Shown piece after piece: positions 48,713 through 63,400 of a DNA stretch of 64,000 nucleotides. The translations under genes were made by a program, and so were the position numbers. Location: NCBI RefSeq assembly GCF_964213995.1, contig NW_027590121.1:1488001-1552000 (forward strand), read 5' to 3'. Source of the stretch: Mustelus asterias. Lineage: Eukaryota. The first letter of the stretch is position 1. Every line of letters begins with the position of its first letter. The notes below the pieces were generated by a model. That model ran no database searches, had not been told where the DNA came from, and saw nothing but the letters and a program-made list of their open reading frames with translations.

Positions 48713-51700
48713 ATAACATTGAGGATAGGAACAGGAGTAGACCATTCAGCCCCTGGAGCCCGCTCCGCCATGCAATATGATCATGATTGATCTGTGGCCT
48801 AACCTTGTGCTGAAAGCATTGGATACTGCAAAGATTATGGATCCTGACAATATTTCAGCAATAATAATAACGGTTTGTGCTCTGGAGCTAGCTGAGCCTT
48901 AGCCAATCTATTCAAGTACAGCTACATCACGGTCACATACACAACAGTGTGAAAATTGGCAGACGTGACCTGTTTCTGAAGGCAGGACAAACCCAACCCG
49001 ACCAATTATCGCCCAATGCGTCCTCACTCGATCAACGTAATGGTAAGTATGAAGGATCATCTAAAAAAAAAATAATATAATAATATCAATACTGCTACAA
49101 CTACAAATAATAGTAATCTGCTCAATGATGCTCTGTTTGGGTCCCACTCGGAGCACTCAGTTCCAGAAATCATTTAAGCTTAGTCCAAATCTAGTGGAAA
49201 TAGCTGCTTGAATGAGGTGAGCTGAGAGTGCCGGCCCTCGACATCAACACAGCACTTGACCGATTGTGGCATCAAGAAGCCCGAGCAAAGCTGCAGTCAA
49301 TGGGGATCCGGGGAAAAAAACATTCCACTGGCTTCAGTCAAACCGAGCACAGAGTAAGATGGCTGTGGCTGTTGAAAGCCAATCATCTCAGTCACAGGGT
49401 ATTTGCTGAAGGAACTCCTCAGGATAGTGCCCTCGGCCTAATATTCACGCTTCAATACAAGCTCGGAAGTGGGATGTTCACTGATGATTGCACGATGTTC
49501 AGCACATTTACAACTTCTCAGATACTGAGGCAGTCCGTGTCCGTAAGCAGAAAGACTTAGAAAACATTCAGGCTTTGGCTGTGAAGTGGCATGTGACATT
49601 CACGCCACCGAGGTGACAGGCAATGACCCTTTCAAGTAAGAGAGATTACAATCATCTCCGCTTGCCATTAATTGAATGACTACAGCTGAAACCCCACTAT
49701 CATCATTCTGGGAATTGCCATTGATGGAAAATTGAACTGGGACAGCCATGTCAATAATATTGCGACAAAAACAGGTCAGAGGCTGGGAATTGTGCGTGGA
49801 GTAACTCACCCCCTGACTTCCCAAACCCTATCCATCATAAAAAGGCAAAAGTCAGGATTGTGATTGAATATTCTCCACTTGCCTGGCGTGTGGTACTGAA
49901 GCAACACCCAAAAAGCTCGAAACCACCCAGCAAAAAGCAGGCGGCTGGAAGAACACCCCACCAACCACTTTAAACATTCACTTTCTGCATCACAGATGTA
50001 CAACTCTAGCCGTGTGAACCATATACAACTTGTATAGCAGCAACATAATCCTTTGGTAGCAACTTCCAAACACATTAACTCTGACACTAAAATGGCAAGG
50101 GCAGCAGATGCAGGAGAATACAATTCCCTGCAAATGCCCATGAAACCCCCACACCGTCTTGACTGGGATCTATATCACTATTTTTTCAGTGTCAATGGAT
50201 GAAAATCTTGCAACTCCCTTCCCATCAGCACTGTATGTGTACTTACTCATATGGAATGCAACGATTTAAGAAGAGGGCTCACCAGCACATTCCCAAAGGA
50301 AAAAATAGAAGTGGCAACAAATCCTACGTTACCAGTGACAGCAAAACCTCATTAAATGATTTTGAACAGGTCATATCTCTGGAACGTTCAACTAGCCCCC
50401 ACGTCTGTTTGTATTTCAACAGGCCATGTCCCAGCCTCATTACAGCATGTCCTGTCTCTGTTAGTTCTCTACTCGGCTCATTATCAGTTGTTCATAAGTG
50501 AAGCCAAAGCCTGTTTACACGATGGTTTCTGAATTATGACTGTGCTGAAATATGTTTCAGTTAATCAGGGCGGCACGGTGGCACAGTGCCAGGGACCCGG
50601 GTTCAATTCCCAACATGGGTGACTGTCTGTGTGGAGTCGGCACGTTTTCCTTATGTCTGCGTGAGTTTTCTCCGGGTGCTCCGGTTTCCACTCACCGTCC
50701 GAAAGAGGTGCTGGTTTGGTGCATTTTGGCCATGTTAAATTCTCCCTCGGTGTACTCAAACAGGCACCGGAGTGTGACCACTCGGGGTTCTTCACAGTAA
50801 CTTCATTGCAGTGTGAATGAAAGCCGACTTATGACACTAATAAATAAGCTTTAAATCTTTAATCTGGGAAGAGACTGTGTCTCAATTCCTACTGCAACAG
50901 AACCTTTATCTGTGACTCCTATACTGGAGCAACATCCGTCTTGCGTTACACAAGTTTCGGTCACTGTCATTACTCTAATGGTTCATTAGATCTAATAAAC
51001 TCGACCCTGTTTTAGTTAATGCTGCACAAGTGCATGTATTTGTTTACTCAACACCGTGCCCTGCCTCTGTTATTATTGCATCATGTGATCATTCTAATTT
51101 GCTGCATTGTCCATATCTCAGTGTCTACCAGTCTAGATCACATATTAGTAATTATTCCCAATGCGCTAGACTCTTTCTGAGTTTATATCAGTCTAAATAT
51201 CGTATCTCTAGTCATTAATAACACACTAAATCCTGTCTCAGTTTTTATCAGTCTAGGTACTGCATCAGTAATGATCATTAACACACTGGACTCTGTCTCA
51301 GTTTATGTCAGTCCAGATTCTGTATCAGTAATTACTGGTAATGCGCTAAGCTCTGCCTCCGTTAATATCGGTTCAGGCCTGTATCAGTAATTGACACGAT
51401 ATGTCTCAGTTTATATCGCGCAAGTAACTGCATTCGGTTAAATTGCACTCGACACCATCTCAGTTTTTCTTGTATTCGTTGATGTCATTCATATTTTTAA
51501 AATATTTATTTCATGGGATGTGGGTGTCTCTGGTAAGGCCAGTATTTCGCCTTTAACTTCCTACAAGGCACTCGGCACGACCTCATTTCTATTTCACTGC
51601 ATCAGGCCTCTGTTTATATTAAAATAGATCCTGTCTCTATTAATACTCCGCTTGACCAGAGCTTAGTTTATGATGCACTAGACCCAATCCCTGGTTATAT

Positions 51701-54700
51701 GACATTTGATCCTGACTCTGTCTATAATTCGCGAGACCAGGTCACTGTTATTACTGCACTATAGTATTCCTCTGTCTGAACTATGGCTACATGAACATTA
51801 CTCAACGGTTCTGTGAGGTAGAGATATAATATAATGCATAAATATGCTGGGCTATAAACATCTGTATTCAGCAGGATCTTGAAACGGAAAATATTGGATC
51901 GACAGTGTATGCTGCGCAGGGTTTGATATCTATTTTCAATGCATCAGCAGAATGAGCTTTCAAATATCACTTCTTCTTTTCCAGTTCCCAAGACTTGTCT
52001 CCATCCGTCAGAGTTGTATCTGTAGGAGGATGCAGAGAATCATGTTCCCATAGCCACTTTTCACATTATTGCGCATTGTCTAGTGCAGTAATAACTGAGT
52101 CCGTGCCCAATATAAAATGAACATGGACATGGTCAAGTGCATCCAGTTTAGTACAGAGACAGGTCTACATTAATAAAAGCAGAGTCATTGTCGATCTCAA
52201 TATGAACAGAGACATGGTGATGTGTAATATAAACAGAGAGAGCATCTAGTTTATTATAAACAGAAAGTACGTCCAGTGTAATGTGAACAGAGACAAAATC
52301 TTCTTTCATATAAACCGAAATAGGGATTAGTTAATTTAACATCAGCAGAGACAGGTCACAGATGAGTGCAATATCGAGACAGGGCCGAGTGTCCCATCAA
52401 ACATTCCAGGTGTAGCATGTGTTTAGGCACCGAATGTAAAGCTCCCTCCACAGTGCAACATTAAACACTCCCAAGCAGGTGTAGCACGGGATCGATAAAA
52501 AGTGAAACTCCATCCACACTATCTCAATCAAGCATTTCCAGCAAATGAAGACTGTTTAGAAACAGTAAAAACCTCTCTACACTGTCCATTGAAACAATTG
52601 GACGCTGGGACAGAAAGGGTTAGGTACAGGGAATGATCAAGATACATATTGGAGAAAAGCTCTCTCTATAGATTGAATTAAATCCATTTAGTTAGAGGCC
52701 TGAAAATAGACCTGAGAGAATACATTTGCTGGAGTTTGACTTGATGTTGTTGAGTAAAGACAATGACCCATCGTGGAGAGACAAAACAAGACACAGAATC
52801 AGAGAGGAGAAAGACAAAGAGAGATAAAGCACATTAAATCGCCGCGTCCTTTTATTTTGTGATTAGAGGGAATCTTTCCTAATTTTGAACATTGATAATC
52901 ATAGCTTGGTTTGTGCATATAACTGATGAAAACATATGCCCAAAAAACAATCACAACTGGAATCCAATGATTGATTTGCATGTTTGTCTCTATTTCTGTG
53001 CTGTGTTGATGGGGAAATATTTGTTGCGTTTTTGTCAATCAATAAATCTAATCTGGGATTTCTATTTCTGTTTTTATTTCCATAAACACCTCACTGGTTA
53101 CAATGAGATGTTCATGGCAGCAAAACCAGATAAACCGTCATTTATTCATTAGTTTCAATTCAAAATAGCGGTTTATTTTAAGTATATTGACAGCAGGTTC
53201 AAAATCAATAGAAACTTCGTGAATACCCATTAGACCAGACGCTATTTAATTCAAATAAAAAAATACCCTCTAATCAAGAATTTGTTCTGAAAGTTCTGAT
53301 GTCAGAATAAATAAAACATGTTTGAAAAGACTGGTATTCCACTGAATGTCAATTTGATTGATGATTTAATCTATTAAAACTAGACACGTTAAAACATCAG
53401 GCAGAGGAGTGACGATAATCGCATTAATCTCAGAGCTTTTAACATATCAATTCTTGCATTTTATAATATTAACATTTGGAAAGGCCTTGCATTTTCATAA
53501 CGCTTTACCTGACGTTAGGTCGTCCCAAACCATTTACAACTCACTGATATATTTTCGCTGAAGTTATTCACTGCTGTAATGTTGGACATACAACAAGGAT
53601 TTGGTGCACAACAAGCTCCCACTAAGCGAGATGTGATAAATGAACAGTAATTTTGTGATTTTAGTTGAAGAATGAGTGGCCAGGATACTGGGCAGAACAG
53701 TCCTGTTGTATCGAATTTTATCAATGAGATTTTACATTCTGTCATCGGCCTGAAATGAGAATCTGTTTCACCCACTGCTAATGCCCACTGACCTGCCTTT
53801 TTTGTTGTATTACTTTTAGATTTCCGGAATTCGCAGTAGTTTGCACTGTTCTATTCATTCTCTGGATATGGGCATCACTGACAAAGTCAGCATTAATTGC
53901 CCATACTGAGAAGGCGGTTGTGAACTACCTTTTTGTAATAATTGCCCTCTGGTCGGTTTTATTTATGTTTGACTTTCTGCAGCAACTTTGAAACACCTGA
54001 ATGGCTGTTTTGTCAATTTCAGAGGCACGTAAGGGTCAGCTTCATCACTGTGGAACTGGAGTCACATGTAGGACAAACAGGCTAAACATAGGTTTTTTTA
54101 TTGATTCGTGGGCCTTGCACATTACTGGCTGGCCAGCATTTGTTGCCCATCTCTAGTTGCCCTTGGAGGGCAGTTGAGAGTCAACCACATTGCTGTGACT
54201 CTGGAGTCACATGTAGGTCAAACAAGGTAAGAACGGCAGATTCCGTTCCCTAAAGGGACATTAGGAAACAAGATGGGTTTTTACAACTATCAACAATGGT
54301 CTCACTGTCATCAATAGATTCTTAATTCCAGCTATTTTTTATTGATTTCAAGTTCCACCATCTGCTCTGGCGGGATTTGAACTCAGGTCCTCAGAACATT
54401 GACTGAACATTAGTGACATAGAAATTAGGAGCCGGAGGAGGCCATTCGAGCCTGATCCACCAGTCTTCATGATCATTGATTAATTTCCTATTTCAAGGCC
54501 ACATTATTGGATTCTGCTCACACCCCCGATACCATTAAAATCTAATCACAAATCAATTTATTTCTTGAATCTATTCAGTGGCATGACATCCGAAGCCTTC
54601 AGTGCTCGAGCACTCCGTATGTTCACTAGTCTCTGAAGTGAAGAAATATTTCCTCATTTCTGTCCTAACTTGGCTACCCTATGTCTTGAGACTGCATCCC

Positions 54701-56290
54701 TGGTTTGATACTACCTAACCAGCGAAAACGTCCTTCCTTCATCTCGCCTGCCCAGCCCTGTTAGAATTCATTTAATTATTCATAAGTTCATTGATTATCA
54801 ATGTCACAAGTAGACTACACTGCAATGAAGTTACTGTGAGAAGGCCCTATGGCCACACTCCAGCGCCTGTTCAGGTACGCTGAGGGAAAATTTAGCATGG
54901 CCAATGCACCGAATCAGCACGTCTTTCGGACTGTGGGAGGAAAAAGGAGCACCTGAAGGAAACCCACGCAGATAATGGGAGAATGTGCAGTCTCTGCACA
55001 GACAGTGACCCAAGTTGGCAATCGACCCCAGGTCCCTGGCATTGTGAGGCAGCCGTGCTAGCCACTGTTCCACTGCATCGCCCTCATTTTTTATGCTTTG
55101 AATGTTGCAATCACAATTTTACGTATTTCAATCAGATCTCCTCTCATCCTTCTAAACTCGAATGAATACATGAGGTGGAGATGCTTGCGTTGCACTAGGG
55201 TGTGCACAGTAAGAAGTCTCGCAACGCCAGGTTAAAGTCCAACATGTTTATTTGGAATCACGAGCTTTCCGAGCGCTGCTCCTTCATCAGATCAGTCAAG
55301 TGAATACAGGCCCAGTCGAAGCAATTTCGCCGTATAGGACAGTCCCACCAATCCGTGTATCAGCTGCACTCGCCAGAGACCCTTTCTTAGGTCGGGAGAT
55401 CAAATCTATACGCATTACTCCAGATGTGGTCTGATGAAGACCAGGCATTACTGCAGTAAGACTTCACTAATTCCGAACTCAAATCTTCTTGCAACGAAGG
55501 CCTTCCCAATTGCTTGCTGTACATACCTCTCCGATTTCATTGTTTGGTGTAAAAGGATACCCAGATCAATTTGTACATCACACTTCCAAATATATATTGT
55601 TTTGTGCTTTACACACGCATATTACTGTACATTTAGCCACGTTGTATTGCATCTGCCACATGTTCACCCATTCACACAACTTGTCCAGATCACATTGAAG
55701 ACCCTTGCATCCTCCTCTCAGCTCACAAGTCACTGCATCTTCCTCATAGCTCACAGTTATGTATCGCCAGCCGCTTAGGACATTTTACATTTGATTTCCT
55801 TATCCAAATCACACGGTGGCACAGCGTCGGGGACCGGGTTCGATTCCCAGCTTGGGGCATTTTCTGTACGGAGTCTGCACGTTCTCCCCGTGCTTATGTG
55901 GATTTCTTCTGCGTGCTCCGGTTTCCTCCAACATCCGAAGGACGTGCAGCTCAGGGACATTGGCCATGCTAACCTCTCCCTCAGTGTACCCGAACAGGCG
56001 CTGGAGTGTGGTGACTCGTGGTTTTTCGCAGTAACTTCATTGCAGTGTTACCGTAAGCCTACATGTGACTAATAAATAATATAAGTTGGGATCCTGAAGT
56101 ACCCCACCAGTCGCTGACTGCCACTCGGAAAAAGACCCATGTATTTCCATTCTCTGTTTCTTATCTGTCAACGAATTCTACACAAATGTCAATACATTAT
56201 TCCCGCTCCCACGTGCTTTAATTTGACCTACTAATATTTTACGAGGAACCGTCTCAAATGTCTTCTGAAAGTGCAAATGCACCACGTACA

Positions 56291-59200
56291 TGCACGCTGA
56301 CATAGGTAGGAAGACGGAAGGGGTAATGAAAAGAGAATATAGGGAGTTAGGTAGACAGTTGGGAAGGAGGAACGCAAAGGTTGTCATCTCAGGATTGCTG
56401 CCTGTGCCAGGGGAAAGTGAGAGCAGGAATGGGGTGAGGTGGAGGATGAATGTGTGGCTGAGGGACTGGAGCGGGGGGGGCAAGGATTCAGTTTCCTGGG
56501 TCATTGGGACCTCTTTAGGGGAAGGTGTGACCTGTACAAAAACGACGGGTGGCACTTGAATCCTAGGGAGACAAATATCCTGGCAGGAAGGTTGGCTAAG
56601 GCTACTGGGGAGACTTTAAACTAGAAAGGTTGGGGGGAGGGAATCGTGATGAGGTGACTGAGAGCGAGGAGGCTAGCGCGCAAATAGAGAAGGATTGTAC
56701 ACAGTGTAAGAGGGAGAATAGACGGGTGATGGAGAAGGGGAGAGCTCAAACCAAAGGTTTGAGATATGTCTATTTTAATGCCAGGAGTGTAGTGAATAAA
56801 GTGGATGAGCTGAGAGTGTGGATCGATGCTTGGAAGTGTGATGTGATGGCCATTACGGAGACTTGGGGACAGGGACAGGACTGGATACTTCAGGTGCCGG
56901 GTTTCAGATGTTTCAGAAAGGACAGACAGGGAGGCAAAAGAGGGGGGTGGGGAGTGGCACTGCTGATCAGGGATAGTGTCAGAGCTGCAGAGAATGTGGA
57001 AGCCGTGGAGGGATTGTCTACGGAGTCTCTGTGGGTGGAAGTTCGGAGCGGGAAGGGGTCGATAACTTTGCTGGGTGTTTTGTACAGGCCGCCCAATAGT
57101 AACAGGGATGTTGAGGAGCAGATAGGGAACAGATCCTGGAGAGATGTAGGAATAACAGGGTTGTCGTGATGGGAGACTTTAATTTCCCAAACATCGATTG
57201 GAATATCCATAGAGTAAGGGGTTTGGATGGGGAGGGGTTTGTTAGATGTGTTCAGGAGGGTTGCCTGACACAGCATGTGGATAAGCCTACAAGAGGAGAG
57301 GCTGTACTCGACCTGGTACTGGCTAATGAGCCAGTACCAGATGTCGGATCTCTCAGTGGGGGAGCATCTTGGGGATAGTGATCATTACTCTATCTCCTTT
57401 ACGCAAGCATTGGAAAGAGATAGGATCAGGCAAGCCAGGAAAGTGTTTATCTGGAGTAAGGGGAAATATGAAGCCATCAGGCAGGAGATTAGATGCGTAA
57501 ATTGGAAGGAGGCGTTCTCGAGGAAAAGTACTGAAGTAAGGTGGCAGATTTTCAAGGAATGTTTGCCTCGAGTTCTGCATGACAACGTTCTGATGAGAGA
57601 GGGAGGTGTTGGTAGGTTACGGGAACCATGGTGCACGAAAGCTGCGCTGAACCTAGTGAGAAAGAAAAGGAAAGCGTACAAAAGCTTCAGAGCGCTAGGC
57701 GATGATAGGGATCTAGATGAGTAGACGGCTTGTCGGAACGAAAGAAATTAGGAGAGCCAGAAGGGGTCACGAGAAGGCCTTGGCAGGTAAGATTAAGGAG
57801 AACCCGAAGGCATTCTATAAATATGTGAAGAGTAAAAGGATGAGATGTGATGGAATAGGAATTATAAAAGGTAAAGGTGAGATAGTCTGTACAGAACCGG
57901 AAGAAATAGCAGAGGTGCTTAATGAATATTTTACCTCGGTATTCACGGTGGAAAAAGACCTGGGTGGTTGTACTACAGGACTGAGGTGGGCTGAAAAGAT
58001 TGAGTATGTGGACATTAAGAAAGAGGATGTGTTGGAAATTTTGAATAGCATCAAGATAGATAAGTCGCCGGGACCGGATGGGATGTACCCCAGGTTACTG
58101 TGGGAGGTGAGGGAAGAGATTGCAGAGCCTCTGGTGATGATCTTTGCGTCGTCGATGGAGACGGGAGAGGTTCTGGAGGATTGGACGATTGCGGATGTGT
58201 CTCCTATATTCAAGGAAGGGAATAGGGATCGCCCAGGAAATTACCGACCGGTGAGTCTAACCTCAGTGGTTGGTAAGTTGATGGAGAAGATCCTGGGGGA
58301 CAGGATTTATGAACATTTAGAGGAATTTCGTATGCTCAAACGTAGTCAGCACGGCCTTGTCAAAGGCAAATCGTGCCTTACAAGACTGGTGGAGTTCGTT
58401 GAAAATGTGACTAAACACATTGACGAAGGAAAAGCGGTAGATGTGGTTTACATGGACTTCAGCAAGGCGTTCGATAAGGTACCCCATGCAAGACTTCTCA
58501 AGAAAGTGAGAGGGCATGGGATGCAAGGGGCAGTTGCCTTGTGGATTCAGAACTGGCTTGCCTGCAGAAGGCAGAGAGTGGTTGTAGACGGGTAATTTTC
58601 TGAATGGAGGTCGGTCACCAGTGGAGTGCCTCAGGGATCTGTTCTGGGACCCTTGCTGTCTGTCATTTTCATAAATGACCTGGATGAGGAAGTGCAGGGA
58701 TGGGTTGGTAAGTTTGCCGACGACACGAAGGTTGGTGGTGTTGTGGATAGGTTGGACGCATGTCAGAAGCTGTAGTGTGACATTGATAGGATGCAAGACT
58801 GGGGAGAGAAGTGGCAGATGGACTTCAAACAGGATAAATGTGTAGTGGTCCATTTTGGCATGTCGAATGGGATGAAGGAGTATAATATCAAGTGTACGAC
58901 TCTTAGCAGTGTAGAGGATCAAAAGACCTTGGGGCCCAGGTCCATAGGACTCTTAAATCGACCTCGCAGGTAGAGGGGGTGGTTAAGAAGGCGTATGGTG
59001 TGCTGGCCTTCATCAATCGAGGGATTGAGTTTAGAAGTCAGGAGATAATAATGCAGCTTTATAAGACCCTCGTCAGACCCCACTTGGAGTACTGTGCTCA
59101 GTTCTAGCCGCCTCATTACAGGAGGGATGTGGAAATGATTGAAAAGGTGCAGAGAAGATTTACAAGGCTGTTGCCTGGATTGGTTGGCATGCCTTATGAG

Positions 59201-59631
59201 GATAGGCTGAGGGAGCTCGGTCTTTTCTCCTTGGAGAGATGAAGGCTGAGAGGTGACCTGAAAGAGGTGTACATGATGTTGAGAGGTATAGATCGGGTGG
59301 ATTCTCGGAGGCTTTTTTCCAGGACTGAAATGGCTGCTCCGAGAGTACACGTGTTTAAGGTGCTGGGGAGTAGGTACAGAGGAGATGTCAGGGGTAGGTT
59401 TTTCACTCAGAGGGTGGTGGGCGAGTGGAATCGGCTGCCATCAGTGGTGGTGGAGGCAAACTCGATAGGGTCTTTTAAGAGACTTCTGGATGAGTACATG
59501 GGACTTAACAGGGTTGAGGGTTATAGATAAGCCTATATATAAGCCTAGGTAGGTAGCGGCATGACCGGCGCAACTTGTGGGCCGAAGGGCCTGTTTGTAC
59601 TGTATTTCTTTCTATGTTTCTATGTTCTATG
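56291..59631 (+). mobile_element. Near-full-length CR1 LINE: partial ORF1 (SGNH/GDSL esterase-like) and ORF2 (APE endonuclease + RT), disrupted
   Basis: ORF1 remnants DIGR..KVVISGLLP and DG.HLN..G; ORF2 motifs YFNARS, AITETW, YRPPN, MGDFNFP, SDH, NYRPVSLTS, YMDFSKAFDKVPH, FADDTK; several frameshifts and stops; (TTCTATG)n tail. Confidence 0.95.
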
Positions 59632-59639
59632 TACCCTGG

Positions 59640-60430
59640 TTCCCTCCCCCCTCCCTCCATCGCCACCCCCCGCCCCGCCCCCCTCACTATTCTATTACTT
59701 ACAGCCTCAGAAAATGCAAGTAGGTTTGTTAAGAATGACATATCTTCCTTAAGCCCATGCTGGCTTCATCAAATTCCGTTAATGCTTTCCAAATATTTTG
59801 CTATCATGTCTTTGATAACAGTCTCTAACATCTTCGCTTATGCTAAAGTCAGGCTGTAATTCAACATTTTTACTCTCCCTTCCTTTGTACATATTGGGAT
59901 TTCATTTGTCACCCTCTAATCTATAGGAACTGATCCAGAGTGTATAGAATTTTAGAGGATGACACCAATGCACCCAATATTTTCAGGGCCATTTCCATTC
60001 ATACTCTGGGATGTAGATTCTCAGGCCTTAGTGATTTATCAGCATTTCACCCCATTAATTTCCCCAGCATGATTTTGCTACTAACACTGGTGTTCTTCAA
60101 TGCCAACTGGCTCTTGGTTCCCTAACATTTCTGGGAGGATATTTGTGTCCCCTTTTGTGAAGATGGAGTCAAACTTTGTGTTCTATTCATCCAACATTTC
60201 TTTGTTCCCCATTATAATTTCCCTGGATTCTGACTGGAAGCTACCTAATTTGTCTTAACTAATCTTTGTCTCTTCAGATATTCAGAGAAGCTTGTACAAT
60301 TAGTTTCTCTGCTTCCTGCCATTATACTTTCATTCTCTCTTTCCCCCCTCGCACATTGTGTCTTCTTTTGTTGAATTTTAAAACATTCCAAACCCTCAGG
60401 CTTGTTGCTTCTTCTGGCAATTTTATATGT
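59640..60430 (-). mobile_element. Older CR1 fragment continuing 55130-56290 (split by the plus-strand CR1)
   Basis: 56178-56290 encodes VVHLHFQKTFETVP (DVVYLDFQKAF-like); the upstream RT portion resumes after 59640. Confidence 0.6.
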
Positions 60431-63400
60431 CTTACAAGTAAGAAGTAAAATTTCCTCTCCTAAAATACATCAGAGAAGAAGACGAACTTTGCCGAAATAT
60501 GATTGTTATTAATTAGACAACGATGTTTGATTCAGCTTAATCAATTAATTGAATTGAAATTCCCCAGTTGCTGGGGTGGAATTTGAACCCTTGCCCGCAG
60601 AGCATTACTTCAACCTTCTGGAATACAAGCTTAATAATAATATTGTATGCTACACCTTGGACTGAAATATCATCACATCCAATAATGGAACAACTGAACA
60701 TTCAGCACTTTGTCACAGGTTGTATCATGAGCTCAGGTACCTGTTGTGGGAATTGAGCACATTACCATTTGACTCAAAAATAATGTTGATTCCACTGGGA
60801 TAAGACTGTTAACCGATCACAGTTTTGTGTTTTGACATAACATTGAGCTCAGTGTGTCTAAACTCTGAGATCTGTGTCCAATATTTCACTGATGCATTTA
60901 ATTGTCAGAAGCAAGTCTTTTCTTAGCCTTGAATCTTAGTCTGACACGATGCCATTGATTACTGAGAATCCATGTGAAAGTTCCATCAATTCCTAAAATG
61001 ACATCGGGAAACATGCGAGGCAGAAGGTCGTATGGAGCTTGACGTTCATCATGCGTGAGCCGCACTCTCAGAATAGCTGCACGCTGCGTTTCTTTCCTTT
61101 AGAACTGAGCAGTTTATGGGAGATTTAGTACAGAAGTTCAAAGTTATGAATGAGCATGTTTTGCTCATTAGGAAGAAAACGCTATCCATTGGCAATAGGG
61201 CCAGTATGTAGAAGACCCTGCTTTATTGGTTATTAATTAACTGAATCAATCCTCTGATTACATGACACTGGTCCATACTTCTATTTATGTTGTACCAGAC
61301 CCAGTCTTTAATGATACGGCAGTGGACCCTGTCTCTCTTTATACTACATTCGGTCGTTTTTCTCGTTATGCTACACTCAGCCATTTCTCTATTTATGCTA
61401 CATCAAGTCCTCTCAATTAGTCCTACAGTGGACCACAGATCTGATTATATTACGTCGGATCCCATCTCTTTTTATATTACACAGGATTTGTCTCTTTACA
61501 TTACATCAGAGCCTGTCTCTGTTAATCCAACATGCGACCATGAATATGTTGCCTGTCGAGATATTATCAATCACGATATATGTGGGTGTGCCTGTCCGAT
61601 ACCAATCATTCTTGTTTGAAACAGTCGGTTTATTTTTTGCTAATATTTATAAGTAGCTGTGAGAAACGCCTAATCACTCTGCTATTGTGTGGGTAATATT
61701 TAGCGTGAACGTTATAACAATTTCTCAGTGATAAACTGGCATTGAGGGACAGGTCAATATGAACAATAGTGCAGTGCTCTTTGCAATATATTTAGGAATC
61801 TCTGTTATGATGCATTTTATTCGTTGTAGATTGTGTTGCACTATGTCAATTTGCTGCAGATTTTAGCGATAAAGATTGTTTCGCCTGTCGTATTTTATTA
61901 ATAGCATTCAACTGATACACTGGCGGTATGAGACCGAATTTTGTACTCGCAATATCGCCAGATGGGCTCCCACAGGCCAATTTTCTAACCAATGGTTAAT
62001 TGTTCATGTTTCAGAGAGAAATAAAACGAAATGGCCGCAGAACAAGTTATGTTTGAATAGAATTTAAATATATATATTTTCTGCAATTTCCATTCTTATC
62101 TTCAAAATTATTTTTCAGTTTGGGATGTGTTAATCTGCCCAGGCCCTAAGCTCTGTTATTCCCTCCCTAAATCTCCTTATCTCACTTTCCTCGTCTAAAT
62201 CAATGCATAAAACTGTCCCTGTATTGATCGTCCTTTTAGTAATCTGTTCAAATATCTCCTTGCTCAAAAACAAGATACTGCGGATGCATGGGATCTGAAA
62301 AATGAACTGCCAGAAACACTCAGCAGATCATTCATCATAAATGGAGTGATATTAGTGCACTTGTCCATCTGTCTCTCTCTCTCTCTCTCTCTCCTCCCTC
62401 AGTCAACACTGCAGTTCATCCTCCGGGATTCATAGCATTAGATCACATTTCGTTATTACTGAATTAGGCTATGATTCCGAGGAACATATTAATGGCCATT
62501 TTTGTTCTCTTGCTTACTATGGTACGACGATGTATATGCTTAAATTTCACTATATATTGAGTTTAGTTTTATTACACTGCCCCTCCTTCTGTTATTACTG
62601 CATTTCACCATGTAATTTTTTTTATTGCACAGGAGTTGTCTCAGTCATGTCTGTACGCCACCATATCTCGTTTTATCTTTCTTTCTGCACTATATAACGC
62701 AACCTGAAGTTTAATTTATTAACGGACTGGGCCTTGATCTATAAGGGCTACAATTAACCCTGTCTCAGTTAGTACTGTACTTGACGATGTTCGCTGCAAT
62801 AACCCATTTGGTGCAGTCGTATACAGTAATGCACTAGGCCATGCCTCTTCATATACTGCATTTGATTCATTTGAATCATTATTGCAATATACCTTGTATC
62901 TGTTTACATTACATTACATGCCGCTTCCTTTATATTACATGAAGACATGCCGTGATATATGCTACAATTAATCATTTCTGAGCTGTTGTTGCTCAGTCAA
63001 TAGTCCACATATGTTACATTAGGTTCCATCTCAGATATTATTTTTGGTAGGTTGTATGTCATGCACTACTGAGTACACCCGTACCTCACGTTGCATTACA
63101 TTAGGTCCGAATAAAATAGCAGGCACTGCCTCAGTTACTAATTTTCTATAAAATGCGTCTGATGGATGGAAAAAGAGGAAGACCAAGCTCGCTGGATGGC
63201 GCAGTGGTTAGCAGTGGTTAGCACTGCTGCCTCACAGTGCTGGGGACTCGAGTTCGATTCCTGGCTTGGTCACTACATGTGTGGAGTTTGTACGTTCTCC
63301 CTGTGTCTGTGTCGGTTTCCTTCCACATTCCAAAGCTGTGCTAGTTAGGTGCATTGGGAATGTCAAATTCTCCCTCAGTGTACCCGAACAGCTGCCAGAG

